A stretch of DNA of 64,000 bases from the human T2T-CHM13v2.0 reference genome, Homo sapiens, in the NCBI RefSeq assembly GCF_009914755.1, contig NC_060925.1, one strand, 5' to 3'. Made by a program: the position numbers and the translations under genes. The notes beneath the pieces are model-generated. The model saw nothing but the letters and a program-made list of their open reading frames with translations. It did not search any database and was not told where the DNA came from. Below are positions 51,651-63,670 of the stretch, piece after piece (the stretch's first letter is position 1; every line of letters begins with the position of its first letter).

Positions 51651-51682
<32 letters not shown>
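51651..51682. repeat. (AC)16 microsatellite
   Basis: Read directly from sequence. Confidence 0.95.
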
Positions 51683-51684
<2 letters not shown>

Positions 51685-51769
51685 AGCTTCAAGATGCTTC
51701 CAGACTCCAGAATTCTGCTCACAGATCCCAGATTAGAATTCCAATCTCTTTGGGGCTTTCCTATCCACT

Positions 51770-52100
51770 CCCGTGGCTTCTGTTACCTCCTTCACGATTT
51801 GGCTCAAATGTCACCTTCTCAGTGAGGCTTACCCCAACATCCCATTTAAAACTTTCGTCCCCTCCCCTTTGCTGCCCTCCCCTCATCCTGCTCTACTTTT
51901 TCTTTTGGTCATCACATTTATAACCTAATATGCCACATGATTTACTTATGCATTATGTTTGTTGTTATTGTATGTCCCCCCCCTGCAGAATGCAAGTGCC
52001 ACTGGGCTGAATCTTTATTTGATTTGCTGATGTATCAGTGCCTAGAAAGTGCCTGGCACAACACTAAATGGCACAAAGGTATTGAATGAATTAATCAATC
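51770..52100 (+). mobile_element. L2a-like 3' end
   Basis: GCTCAAATGTCACCTTCTCAGTGAGG...GTGCCTAGAAAGTGCCTGGCAC...TTGAATGAAT. Confidence 0.8.
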
Positions 52101-52529
52101 TCTGTGCCCATTAAGTGCCCCAGTCCACTCCTTCAGCTCCCTTCTGTGGCCTGAGTACCACACCCATAGACTTAACTGCCCACTGGGCTTGCCCAACATC
52201 CACGCCAGGACCTGGTTTTACCCTCACTGCCTTCCTTCTGGTGGTGGCCATCATTCCCATTTTATAGGGGAAGAAACTGAGGCCCAGTGAGAAGTGGAGG
52301 CTTGTCCACAATGCACAGCTTCTTTGCTGGACTCACCCCTACACTCAGTCACATTTTGAGGCTGTTCTGAGGTGAGCAGGGTAACCCTGATTCACCTGAT
52401 CCACCTGCCTAATGCTTTTCCCACAGGTCAGGATGAAAGAGACCCTCAGAGGAAATGATCCTAGCCAGAGCAGACCAGACAGAGCCAGATCCACAATAGC
52501 AGTCACTGGAATAAAGGACATCTAGTCTA

Positions 52530-53095
52530 GGTCAGCCTGACATCTCTTCCCTCCAGACACTCCCTCTTCCTATGGGGAGACAGCTCCTCTCCTGCTCCAT
52601 GAGACAGGTGCCTAGTCAGTCTGTCCTCTCTGTTCATGGAGTCCTTTAGAATACCCCATCTTTTTGAGCACAGAGATTGGCTCAGGGGTGGGCACGTGAC
52701 CAAAGCTAGACTATGCATTAAATCCTTCCTTAGGATTTAATATATGGATACCAGGAAAGAGAAAGTCTGGAGTCATCAAGCTAGGATAATGTAAGAGTGG
52801 AGCTGTCAGAGATCATTCCTCCCCATCCCTCCACTCTCCACCCCAAGGCATGAAGGACAGTTGTCTAGAGACAGGAAGCCTGTCTACAGCAGAAGGTATT
52901 AATAACATGATGCAGAGAGCCTGAAAGAGAGGCAGAGTGGAAGCAGGTGCACACACGAGAGATCCGACAATTGTCCTTTGGTCCTGATGCTAGTGCCACT
53001 CCTGGACTTTCTAATAAAGTGAGGTAATAAATCCTCTTTTTGGCTCAATCAGTTTAAGTTGGGTTACTGTCAATTACAACTGAGAGTGCCCTGTG
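52530..53095 (+). mobile_element. LTR16-like ERVL LTR
   Basis: GATTGGCTCAGGGGTGGGCACGTGACCAAAGCT; AATAAATCCTCTTTTT...AGTTGGGTTACTGTCAATTACAACTGAGAG. Confidence 0.7.
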
Positions 53096-53382
53096 GAATG
53101 CTCCAGGTCAGGTTAGGAGGAAATCAACCAAGGAAACTCAATCCAACAAAACCCAAATGAATGGAACTAAATCAGTGCAATTCAACTCAATGATTCCAAT
53201 CCAAATAAAACCCATACCAATGGAACTTAGCAAGTGGTCTCTCTTGTCTCCTGGGCTTCAGTGTCTGAGTCAGTGTAGCATTGAAAGAGCCCTATCGGTA
53301 GTCAGAGGCCTTTTTCTCCAGGCTTGTTCCTGGCCTAACAATAAGCCTTGGGTGAGCTGCTGTAGCTCTATGAAGCCTAATT

Positions 53383-53673
53383 TCTTTTTTCTTTTTTTTT
53401 TTTTTTTGAGATGGTGTCTTGATCTGTCACTCAGGCTGGAGTGCAGTGTCGTGATCTTGGCTCCCGGGTTCAAGTGATTCTCCTGCCTCAGCCTCCCAAG
53501 TAGCTGGGATTACAGGCACATACCACCATACCCGGCTAATTTTTTGTATTTTTGATAGAGACGGGGTTTTACCATGTTGGCCCGGCTGGTCTTGAACTCT
53601 TGACCTCAAGTGATCTGCCTGTCTCAGCCTCCCAAACTGCTGGCATTATAGGCATGAGCCACTGCACCCGGCT
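53383..53673 (-). mobile_element. AluSz/Sx-like with 17-bp internal deletion
   Basis: TTGGCTC joined directly to CCGGGTTCAAG; TGACCTCAAGTGATC; TSD core GCCTAATT on both sides. Confidence 0.92.
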
Positions 53674-53781
53674 GATGGCGCCTAATTAATAATCTGCCAC
53701 ATGTGGTTAATATACACCCAACCTGAGAATATCCAGTGAGATAAGAGACGGGGCAAAAATGGTCAAAGTTGAGTGGGTTCC

Positions 53782-54175
53782 TACTGTGGTTTGAATATTT
53801 GTGTCTCCTCCAAAATTCATGTTGAAACATCTCCAATGCAGTAGAATTAAGAGGTGGGGCCTTTTGGAGGTGATTAGGTCCTGAGGGCTTTTCCCTTGTT
53901 AATAGGATTAAGGCCTTTTATAAAAGAGGCTTCATACAGCAATTGCCCCTTCTGCACTTTGCCCTTCTTGTCTTCAGCCGTGGGATGACACAGCATTTGT
54001 CCCCTCCAGAGGGTGTCATCTTGGAAGTAGAGAACAACCCTCACCAGACACCAAACCTTCTGGTGCCTTGATCTTGGACTTCCCAGCCTCCAGAACTGTG
54101 AGAAATAAATTTCTATTGTTTATAAATTACCCAGTCTCAGATATTTTGTTATGGCAGCACAAATGGACTAAGACA
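53782..54175 (+). mobile_element. Solo MST (MSTB2/MSTC-like) MaLR LTR
   Basis: GGTTTGAATATTTGTGTCTCCTCCAAAATTCATGTTGAAAC...GGACTAAGACA; TSD GTTCC/GTTTC. Confidence 0.9.
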
Positions 54176-54324
54176 GTTTCCTAGCATGTATGGTAATGAC
54201 CCTGAGGTCCTATTCCTCATTCTAATGCTCCCTGCTACTCCCACAAGGGGTCTACCTGGCACTCACCTGGAGGAGAAGGCTGAGAAACCCTCAGAATGAG
54301 TTCTCTTGAACTATGGCAGGAGGC

Positions 54325-54830
54325 AGCATCAGGTAGCTCTGAGCACAGGCCCCTCTGAAGTAGGACTGCCTGCATCTGTTTCTTGACTCCAGCACTTCTT
54401 AGCTGAGTGACCTGGGGCAAACTACTTACTCCTAAACTTCAGCTCCTTCTCATGTAAAATGAAGCTGGTAAGTGTTAACTGCTTCCTAGGATTGTAAGGG
54501 TTTCATGAAATAATGTCTATAAGACATTCATAGCCCTGTGTCCGACACATGGAAAGTACTCAATCAGTGTTTTGACTATCATTATTGCTATTGACATTTA
54601 CACAGCATTTTTCATTTCCTAATTTTATGCATAATTATATGCATAATTTCAGTTAATTATGATCTTACCCGTGTGAAGGAGAGTTTAAAATCCCATTATA
54701 TGTAGAAAGACACTGAGGTTTGGAGAACAAAGGGACTTATCCAAGGTCACGGAGTTGGTGAGCGACAGAGTTTAGCACCAAATTCAGCGCATGTATCACC
54801 ATGACTTTAACCAACACTTCGCTGTTTCAG
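54325..54830. mobile_element. Two MIRs tail-to-tail (+ then -)
   Basis: GCTGAGTGACCTGGGGCAA...CATGTAAAATG (+); ACTGAGGTTTGGAG...CCAAGGTCAC (-). Confidence 0.7.
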
Positions 54831-55084
54831 ATTTCTGCTCTGAGACAGAACACATCCATCCTCTGCTCTGAGACATCACAACTTGAAGGGAGGGCATGAC
54901 TGAATCAACAAGCTTTTAGTAAAGACCCTCCAGGTGCCCAGCCTGGTACTGGGGTCAGGGTGGAGGTGAGAGAAGGAGGAGGTGGAGGGAGGTCCCTCAA
55001 GGTGAACCTCACTTGGGGACATCCCTACATCCTTCAAAGCCCACCTCTGGGAATCCTTTGCTAGGGAGGGAAAGGGAAAAGGCT

Positions 55085-55290
55085 AAGTCTTGTTGAGCAC
55101 CTACTATGTACCAGGCATGTACCTGTGTTATCTTATTTGGCCCTCAAAATATCTTGGCAGGATCCCCCTGCTTTACTGATAAAAAATCTGAGGATGGAGA
55201 GTTTAAGGAACTTACCAGCAGTCCCAGCTAGAATGTGGTAGAGCTAGGACATGCCACCATGTCTACCTGATACTGACCCATGCTCTTCTT
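55085..55290 (-). mobile_element. MIR
   Basis: TTGAGCACCTACTATGTACCAGGCA...ATCTGAGGATGGAGAG. Confidence 0.75.
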
Positions 55291-55824
55291 TTTGTTCCAA
55301 CAACAGTTCCTTCAGCCGCAGCCCGAGGTCACTTAACGCTTGCACATCTCTGCTGTTGCACTGAGTGCATCATATTAATTTTTACTTGCTCCTTCTGTAG
55401 ACTAAACTCCTTGAGGGCCAGCACTATATTAGTCATCTTTGTATCTCTACTACCTAGTATAGGGTTGGGTACAGAGTGGGAGAAGAAGAAAGTTTTGACA
55501 ACAATGAGTTTGAGGGTTCTGGGAGGGGGCTTGTTCATGGTATGAAGTTTGAGTTTTAAGAGTCAGATAAGACATCTGGAAGATGGAACCACTGGAGTGT
55601 AGGAAGAAGATTAATTTTTTTTTTTGTTTAGCCTTTTATCTAATATAACACACTACAGAAAAGTGCAGAAATGAAGATGCGCTCTGATGATCACAAAGTC
55701 TATGCATCAGCACACCAGAAGCTTTGCTTATGCCCCTCCCCAGTCTATTCTCGCCTTCTCCCAAGGGTCACCACTACCTGACAATATCATAAATTTGTTT
55801 TGGCCATTTTAGAACTTTATGTAA

Positions 55825-56140
55825 AGCCAGGTGTGGTGGCTCACTCCTGTAATCCTCACACTTTGGGGGGCCGAGGTGGGTGGATCACTTGAGGCCAGGA
55901 GTTTGTGACCAGCCGGGCCAACATGGTGAAACCCCATCTCTACTGCAAATATGAAAATTAGCCAGGCATTGTGGTAGGTGCCTGTAATCCCAGCTACTCG
56001 GGAGGCTGAGGCACGAGAATCGCTTGAACCCAGGAGGCGGAGGTTGCAGTGAGCGAGATCGTGCCATTGCACTCCAGACTGGGTGACAGAGTGAGATTCT
56101 GTCTCAAAATAAATATAAATAAATAAATAAACACGTAAAT
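55825..56140 (+). mobile_element. AluSz (Sz6-like)
   Basis: GGATCACTTGAGGCCAGGAG, GAGGCACGAGAATCG; (TAAA)n tail. Confidence 0.92.
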
Positions 56141-57821
56141 AAAATCATGTATGTAAATAGAATCATATTTTTTCATTTCTTGCTGCTTTTAGGCAGCATT
56201 TTGTTTGTGAGACTTACACATATTGCTGTATGTAACTGCGGTTTATTATTTTCATTTCTGTATAATATGCGATTGTATGAATATGCTACAATGTATTAAT
56301 TCATTCTACTGTCATTGGACATTTAAGTTGTTACTGGTTTGGAACTGTTACAAATACTATTGTTATGAATGTTCTTGAGCATGTTTTTTGCTTCACATGT
56401 CCATGTATTTATGCTGGACATAAATACCTGCCTATGAGTGAAATTTCTGAGTAATAGGGCATGTATATTCTCAGGTTTAGCAGATAATGCCAAACAGTGT
56501 CCCAAAGTGGTTATACCAATTTGAGCTCCCACAAGCAATACATAAGAGTTCTAATTCAAATCCTCTCCAACACTCATTACTATTAGTTTTGTTTGTTATA
56601 AATTTTAGCCATTTTGATGGGTGTGTACTATTCTCATTGTGGTTTTAATTTGCATTTTCCTGAGGACCAATAAGGTTGAATACCTTTTCATATATTTATT
56701 GACCATTTGGATTTCCTCTTCTGTGAGTTGGCTTTTGAAATCTCTTTTTAACTTTTTAATTGGTTCACCCTTTTCTTGTTGGCTACTAGAATTCTTTAAA
56801 TATTCTGAATCAATTTCTTTGTCAGTTATACATGTTGCAGATATCTTCTTCCACTCTTTAGCTTGCCTTTTTGCTCTCTTAATCAAGTCTTATAATGAAC
56901 AGAAGTTCTGGATTTTAATGTAATCCAATTCATTAAAGCTTTCTATTTATGACTAGAACTTTTGTGTCCTCTTTAAGAAATCTTTCCCTATGCCTAGTTC
57001 ATGATGATATTCTTCTATGTTGTCTTTATTGCTTCTTGTTTCACTTTAGATCTATAATTTGTTTTTAATTGATTTTGTATGGTGTGAGGAAGGAATCGGT
57101 TTTAATCCCCTCCCTCCCTGCATATTATACACATTTGACTGAGTACCATTCGTGAAAAAGTTCATTCTTTCTCTAATGATCTGTGGTGTCATCTTTCTCT
57201 TTAAAGAAGCCCCCATATAAGCACGAGTCTTTCTGAACTTTGTTCTGTTGATCTATTTCCCTATCCTTGTGGCCAATTAGCAAAATAATTTCTGTAGGGT
57301 ACTGTCTCTTTGTAATACATTTTTGTATCCACAGAATAAGTCTTCTAATCTTACTATTCTTCCTGAAGTGAATCTTGGATGTTTTTAGCTCTTTGCATTC
57401 TATGTAATTTTAGAATCAGCTTGTGAACTTTCATAAAGCAATTGCTGGGAATTTTATTAAAATTCCATTGACTCTATAGATCAAATTGAGGAGAACTGAT
57501 ATCTTTGCAACACTGAGTTTTTAATACGTGAATTTGTTATGTCCTTCCATAGGGTTTCTTTAATTTCTCTCAACAATGTTTTATAGTTTTTGATGTAGAG
57601 ATTGTACATGCCTTTAATTAGATTTATTTATAGGTAATAAACATTGTTTAGTACTATAATATCTGTCACCTTTGAAGTGTTTGGTAAAGAGATACAGAAA
57701 TAAAATTGAATTTTAGATTATTGATCTTATATCCATCAACCTTACTAAAACTTTACCTTAAAGTTTACATAGTCTGATATTAGTATAGTTACACCAATTT
57801 TTAAAATTATAGTTCGCATGT

Positions 57822-58187
57822 TATCTTAGTCTATTTTGTGCTGCCATCATAGAATACCACAGAAAGAGTAATTTACAAAGAACAGAAATTTGTTTATCAC
57901 AATTCTGGAGGCAGGAAGTCCAAAGTGAAGGCACTGGCATCTGGTATCTGATGAGGGTCTGCTTTCTGCTTCCAAGATGGCGCCTTGAATGCTGAGTCCC
58001 ATGGAGGAGAGGAACGCTGTGCTCACATGGCAGAACGCAAAAGGGGAGAAAGGGCTGAACTCCCTCATTAAGCCCTTTTATAAGGGCACATACTCCTATT
58101 CATGAAGGAGGAGCCCTCATGGCCTAATCACCTCTTAAAGGCCCCACCTCAATACTATCACACTGGCAACATATTCAAATCATAGCA
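57822..58187 (-). mobile_element. Solo MST MaLR LTR with perfect 5-bp TSD CATGT
   Basis: TCTTAGTCTATTTTGTGCTGCC...CTAATCACCTCTTAAAGGCCCCACCTC...TCAAATCATAGCA; CATGT at 57817-57821 and 58188-58192. Confidence 0.92.
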
Positions 58188-59530
58188 CATGTTATGTCCT
58201 TTTGCATCCTTCTATTTTCAATCTTTCTGTATATTTATATTTTAGGTGCATTTCTTATAAGCAGCATATAATTGATTTCATTTTAAAATATGGGCTAACA
58301 ATTTTTGTTTTTTAATTAGAATACTTAGGTCATTAATATTTTAATGTAATTATTAAATTATTTAGGTTTAAATCTTCATTTCATCATTGACTTTCTATTT
58401 GTCCTTCCTGTTCTACATTCCCCTTTTTCCTTTTCTTGCTTTCTTTTGCCTGTATTATTTTTATTCTTTTACTAATATTTATTTAGAGATTATAAAATGT
58501 ATTCTTAACTTATTGAACATTACATAATATATAAATTGATACTTTTACTTCTTCCTGAAAGTGCTAATTCCTTAGAACAATTTAACTACATTTATCTTTT
58601 CTGAACTGTAATAGGATTCTTTCATATTTTTAAATTATTTATATTTCTAACCCACACAAGATATTGCTGTTGTTATTTTACATCATCAATATTCCTTTTT
58701 ATTTGCCCATACACTCATACTTTTTATTGTACTTTCTTTCTTTCAGCCTCTCCAACTTTCTATCTGGGATATTTTTCCTTTGAGAACTTTCTTAATATTT
58801 CTTATAGTTCAGATTTTCTGGTTATAATTCTTTTATTTCTTAAATTTTGTCTAAAAATGATTTTACCATCAATTTTTGATGGATATTTTCCCTGGGAATA
58901 GAATTTGAGATTAAGATTATTTTCTTCCAACTGTTTGATGTTATTCTACTGTGTAGTTTTGTTTCTGTTGAGAAGTAAGCTTTCAATCTACTTATTACTC
59001 TTTTGAAAGTAATGTCTTTTTTTTTTTTTTAATTTGGTTGCTTGTAAGATTTTTTTTCATCTTTGATCTTCAGCAGTTTAATTGTAATATGATATGGTTT
59101 ACTTTGAGTTAAACCTTCTTGGGTTTTTCAAAGTTTATTGATTCTGTGGTTTGGTGTCTTTTGGCAATTTTAGAAAGTTCTCATTTATCATCTTTTTATA
59201 TAATGTTTCTGTTCCATTCTTTCTCATTTTTCTCTCTGGGATTCACATTATAGGTATGTTAGGCCTGTCTTATATTCTGTTTTGTATTTCACATTCCTTT
59301 GCTCTCTGTATGTCATTCTGGTTATTTCCTTCTAATCTATCTTCTAACTCACTAATTCTATCCTCAACTACATCCAATTTGCCATTAAACTGATCCATTG
59401 ATTCACTAAGTTCTTAATTTCAGAGATTTTAATTTTCAGTTCTAAAATTTCCAATTAATTATTTTTTTGTTTTATTTTCTCTGCTGAAATCCTCCAAATG
59501 TTACTTAATTTCTTAAACATATTAATGACG

Positions 59531-59771
59531 TTTTAAAAATATTTTAAATTGACACATAATAATTGTACATATTTATGGGACACATAGTGATGCTATGGTA
59601 CATATAATATATAGTGATCAGATCAGGGTAATAAGCTTATCCATCATCTCAAACACTTACCATTTTTTTGTGTGTGAACATTCAATATCTTCCTTCTAGC
59701 TATTTGAAACTATATATTATTGACTATAGTCATTCTACAGAACTGTCTAACAGTAGAACTTATTTCTCTTA
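59531..59771 (-). mobile_element. L1MA-type 3' end insertion inside the older L1
   Basis: AATTGACACATAATAATTGTACATATTTATGGG...AGTGATCAGATCAGGGTAAT. Confidence 0.8.
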
Positions 59772-60522
59772 TAACAATGGTTATTTTAAAATCTATGTCT
59801 GATTAACTAAATTATCTGGCTTCCCTGTAGGTCTGTTTTGTCATATCTTATATAGTTTTTTAAATTTGCAGTCTTATGTGCCTAGATATTTTAAGTTGTT
59901 TTCTAAACATTGTCTATGAAAAATTATAGAGATAATTTTGAGGCCTGGGCTGATATTATATTTGTCCAGAGATGATTTACCTTTTCTTAATAGTGGTTGT
60001 GGGTACTATCTGTGCTAGATCACTTTAATACAATCAGTGATTAAAATCATTTAAAACTAGGCCACAGTCCCTCATAGGGCAGTCTATTTCCTGCTCACCC
60101 TTTTCTCTTAGGATGTAGTCACCAGGATCTCCACCAAAAGCCTTAAGTGTTACTAGAATCCTTCCTTCTTGGCTGACTTTGAACTCCAGCTTTTGTTTCC
60201 TTGGTTTCGTGAATCTGTTGAAAGTTCTGTTCAGTTTCTCAGCCTCTCAATGGGTCTTCTCTGAAATCAGCAGATACACCTAGTCAAAAAGCAACCTTAA
60301 ATGCTAAGTCTCTCTGTCTGAGTTTCTTTTTCTTTCAGTTTTGTTCCTATAATTCTTCACTGCCTTTTTAGCTCTCCAATGTCTTCAAACAGATGTGTTT
60401 TATTATTGTTCAGCTTTTCTATAGTACCTAACAGGAGATTCTGGTCTGAATTAATCAGTCTGCCAATACTAGAAGTCACACTGAATTATATGTAATAACA
60501 ATGGTAACAAAATTAATGGCAA

Positions 60523-61390
60523 CAGTGGTGTAGTGGCAAATATTTAAACTTGTCCCTCAAGAAATGTGTATATATGTATAATATACATATATATGTTTAT
60601 TATACATTTTACTGATACAAAGAATGTGTAGCACACAATTTACAAATAATTAAATGTACAGTGTATTTATTTTATTGTTGATTGCATATTGCCAATTAAT
60701 TCTTACAGAATGCTTCTGTTGATTTTTTTTATCCATAGCCAGCTAATGCTTATAGTTGATGAATGATGTAGTTCTTACAGAAACCTTGGTTGATAATTTT
60801 GTTTACATTAACAAGAAAGATGAAAGTATATCAACAAAGATATTATGTCACAATTTCACTCATTCATCAATGATGTTAACAAATTTCTTGCTGAATTGCA
60901 CAATAGTTTTGAATGCTAAAGAGAATTTTTTCAAATTTTTGTGGTACAGACATGACATACTTTTAAGTTTACATTGCATTATTACATTTTCTCCACCATT
61001 TTCTTAAATCTAGACATTCAACAAAACAGTAACTCAAACCCTGATTGGTAGCCTTTGCAAATTTTGGGTATAATTACTCCTATCATAGCTAATTCCAAGC
61101 TACGAATCTGACATCACTAAACAGACTTGAGATGGTATGCACAGTAGCATATCATTATGTAGTATCTATCTATGCCACACAGATACAACAGCTGTTAAGA
61201 GTATAAATACCAGTAAAGTGTAAATCATTAGAAAATGATGAGTTTTGAATGTTACCATTGTTTTTAATATAATGCCTTTAATTGTAAGTTTATATATTTT
61301 AAGTTTTAATAATAGCTGGCTTATACAATTCCTGAACATTTAATAATCTTTGTTTTACAAGAGGAAATAAGCTGACTCCAACACTCACTT
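60523..61390. mobile_element. MER63 (C/D-like) hAT-Blackjack DNA transposon inserted in a MIR
   Basis: Termini CAGTGGTGTAGTGG / CTCCAACACTCACT; MIR sequence resumes at 61390-61590 (TTATCTCATTTAATC). Confidence 0.75.
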
Positions 61391-62039
61391 GACCACCCAC
61401 TTCCGTATTTCCTCTGTGTCAGACACCATGACAAATTTCATACATTCATTATCTCATTTAATCATAACAACTGTGCAAGGGAAGTTCTGTTATGCTCTCT
61501 TTTTTGAAGGTATATACTCCGAGATTCAGAAGTTGAATAGTTTGTTCAAGGACACACAATTCAAATCCATATCTGTCTGACTCTTAATTACCAATAATAA
61601 TTATCAGGATCATCAATACCTTTTACTGAATAGTAACTGTGTAGGGCTTTACCTAGGTTAGTTCTTGTAGTCCACTTAATTCTTTCAACCACCACCTTTG
61701 TTCTCTGCAGTCAATGCAGTCAACACTTCTGGAAATAAAAAGGACATTCTCCTGCAGGAGGCAGCACTAGAAAGGTGGGGTGGGAACAAGTAGAGTGGCA
61801 GTCAGATGGCAAGGCAGGCTCAGTCTCCCTCACATGGTCTCAGCTCCTTGGGCTTCTGTGGATGGTCCACAGGGAGTCTCTGAGGCTCTCTTTGTCCCTG
61901 TCCTCCTGACTGCATGCCCACTGAAAAGTGTTGGTGGGCCTTTCTGGACGGCAGGTCTGAGCACCACCCATGGGAAGCACTGGCTCTCAGGCAGGGCTAT
62001 CCAAGAGAGCCCCAGGAGGTGACAGCAGAGGTGCAGGAC

Positions 62040-62765
62040 CCTGGCAGGGAGGCCGCGACTCCTGCCTCTCCTCCTCATACCACACCCACACCAATCTGTC
62101 TGCAAATCCTGTGCACTCTACCTTTGAAACATCTAGAACCTGACAGTTTCTTACCACCTCCACAGCTAGCACCCTGGTTGGTCCAAGTCACCACCATCTC
62201 TTGTCACACCTATGGCAGTCACCTCCTAAATAAAGTAAGTCGTTTCACATCACTCCTCTGCTCAAAGCCCTCGCTGATTCCTTATTTCACTCAGAGCCCG
62301 AACCAGCACCTACATGGGCCTGCGGGACCCGCAAGGCCTGGCCCCTCTTCCAGTCCTGCCCTCATCTCCCACTGGGCCTTGTGTCCCCTCCCCTCTGGCC
62401 CACTCTTCTTGCTCTCCATGGACGTGCCAGGCCCGTTTTCCCTAGCGTCCTCACAGCTCGCTCCTCCACACTCTCAAGGCCTCTCTGCTGGGTCTTCCCT
62501 GAACTGGGCTGGTGTGAGCACCCTGCTTAAAATCACCAGCCTCCTAGCACTCTCTCCTCCTCCCCTGCCGCTTGTATTCACAGCTCCCATTCCCGCCTGC
62601 CATGCCATACATTGCAAGCCTTTGTTTCTTATTCTCTTTCTCCTCTCACTAGGAAGCAAGCTCCGTGAGGGTACATTTCTTCCGTTGTGTTCACTGTGGT
62701 ATCCCCAGCAACAGGAGGACTGCCTGGCACTTAGTAGAGGCTCAATAAATAGTTACTGAGTGGAT
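62040..62765 (+). mobile_element. L2a-like 3' fragment
   Basis: CTGGTTGGTCCAAGTCACCACCATCTC, CACTCCTCTGCTCAAAGCCCTC, TGCCTGGCACTTAGTAGAGGCTCAATAAATA. Confidence 0.85.
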
Positions 62766-63254
62766 TCCTGTCCTAGTGGAGGCTGGACTTCCTAGCTTTC
62801 AAACTGGAGTCTGATGCTATGAAAAACACAGTGGTCCTTGGCCTCAGAGAAAGTGGGATCCTTTCCTTTCTTCTCTTCCTCCCCATCAGCTCAGCCAGGA
62901 TTCCTGATAGCTCCCGCTTCACCAGCCCTCCATCATCACCACCACTGCAGCCCCCCCACAAAAGGGCTCTTTCCTCCACCTCCCTGGGCTCCCCTCACAG
63001 CCACCCACACCAGGCCTTCGACACAGTCCCCCTCCCTTGGGGACCCAACGGACCTGTGCTCTCATCCCCTACCTGTACTTCTGAGGACTTGCTGCTATCC
63101 AGGAAGTGGGTGAGCAGGCAGGTTTGCGTGACAGGGCCTGAGATTTGAATGGCCCATACATTTGTTCTAAATGAAGGTGGAACCAACCCACGTCTTTCAC
63201 TGGGGTCACAGAGATTTGGTTTTTTCACCTCAGTGTCCTGTGTGGACTGTGACA

Positions 63255-63670
63255 GCCTCCTCCACATTGGCCTCTCCGCCCACAGCTCTTCTTTTCTCTG
63301 TCTCCTGGCCTCTTCCTTCACTTCTTCCTAGGCCCTCACTCCCTGTCTGTCTCATCTTTCGGCTCTGTCTGGAGCTCTCCCTTGCTGTCTCTCTGGCCTT
63401 CTTGCTGCCTCTCCATGGCCCCAGCCCACGCCGCCGTCGCTTACTGCACGTGTTTACCGTCCCTTCTCCCTCCTTGCTCTGTCTTTCCCTGTCTCTGAGG
63501 CTCTCCATCACCATGTGCTTTTGTTCTTGGGCACTTCCTCTGTTCCTTCCCTGCCCAGACTCTGTCTCTGTGTCATTCTCAGTCTTTTTGACTTTTGAGC
63601 TCTCTGTGCCTGTGTCTACATCTCTGCCTCTCTTCCCCCCTCTCTGCATCCCTGTATCTCTGTTTCTGTG
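63255..63670. repeat. Degenerate (CT)/(CTGT)-rich low-complexity tract
   Basis: Repeated CTCTGTCTCTG-like units; strong pyrimidine bias on +. Confidence 0.75.

Larger units (their letters stand above)
55612..60480 (-). mobile_element. Ancient L1 (L1M/L1ME-type): 3' UTR, ORF2 with large internal deletion, ORF1/5' remnants; hosts AluSz, MST and L1MA insertions
   Basis: ORF 56605-56886 (-) gives KRQAKEWKKI...EEIQMVNKYMKRYSTLLVLRKMQIKTTMR, matching the L1 ORF2p C-terminal IREMQIKTTMRYH region; AT-rich throughout. Confidence 0.85.

Noticed and set aside
52717-52741. 10-bp stem hairpin ATTAAATCCT-TCCTT-AGGATTTAAT as a terminator or miRNA
   Set aside because: It is too short for a pre-miRNA, lies in an old LTR, and intrinsic terminators do not apply to this genome.
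56605-56886. ORF similar to L1 ORF2p C-terminus
   Set aside because: Real homology, but a short decayed remnant of a dead L1, not a gene.
53782-58187. Two MST LTRs as the ends of one provirus
   Set aside because: They have opposite orientations, each has its own TSD, and the intervening DNA is MIR/L2/L1, not MaLR internal sequence.
61914-62759. Longest ORF (281 aa, +)
   Set aside because: It lies almost entirely within an L2 3' fragment, has Pro/Leu/Ser-rich composition typical of chance translation, and shows no recognisable domain.
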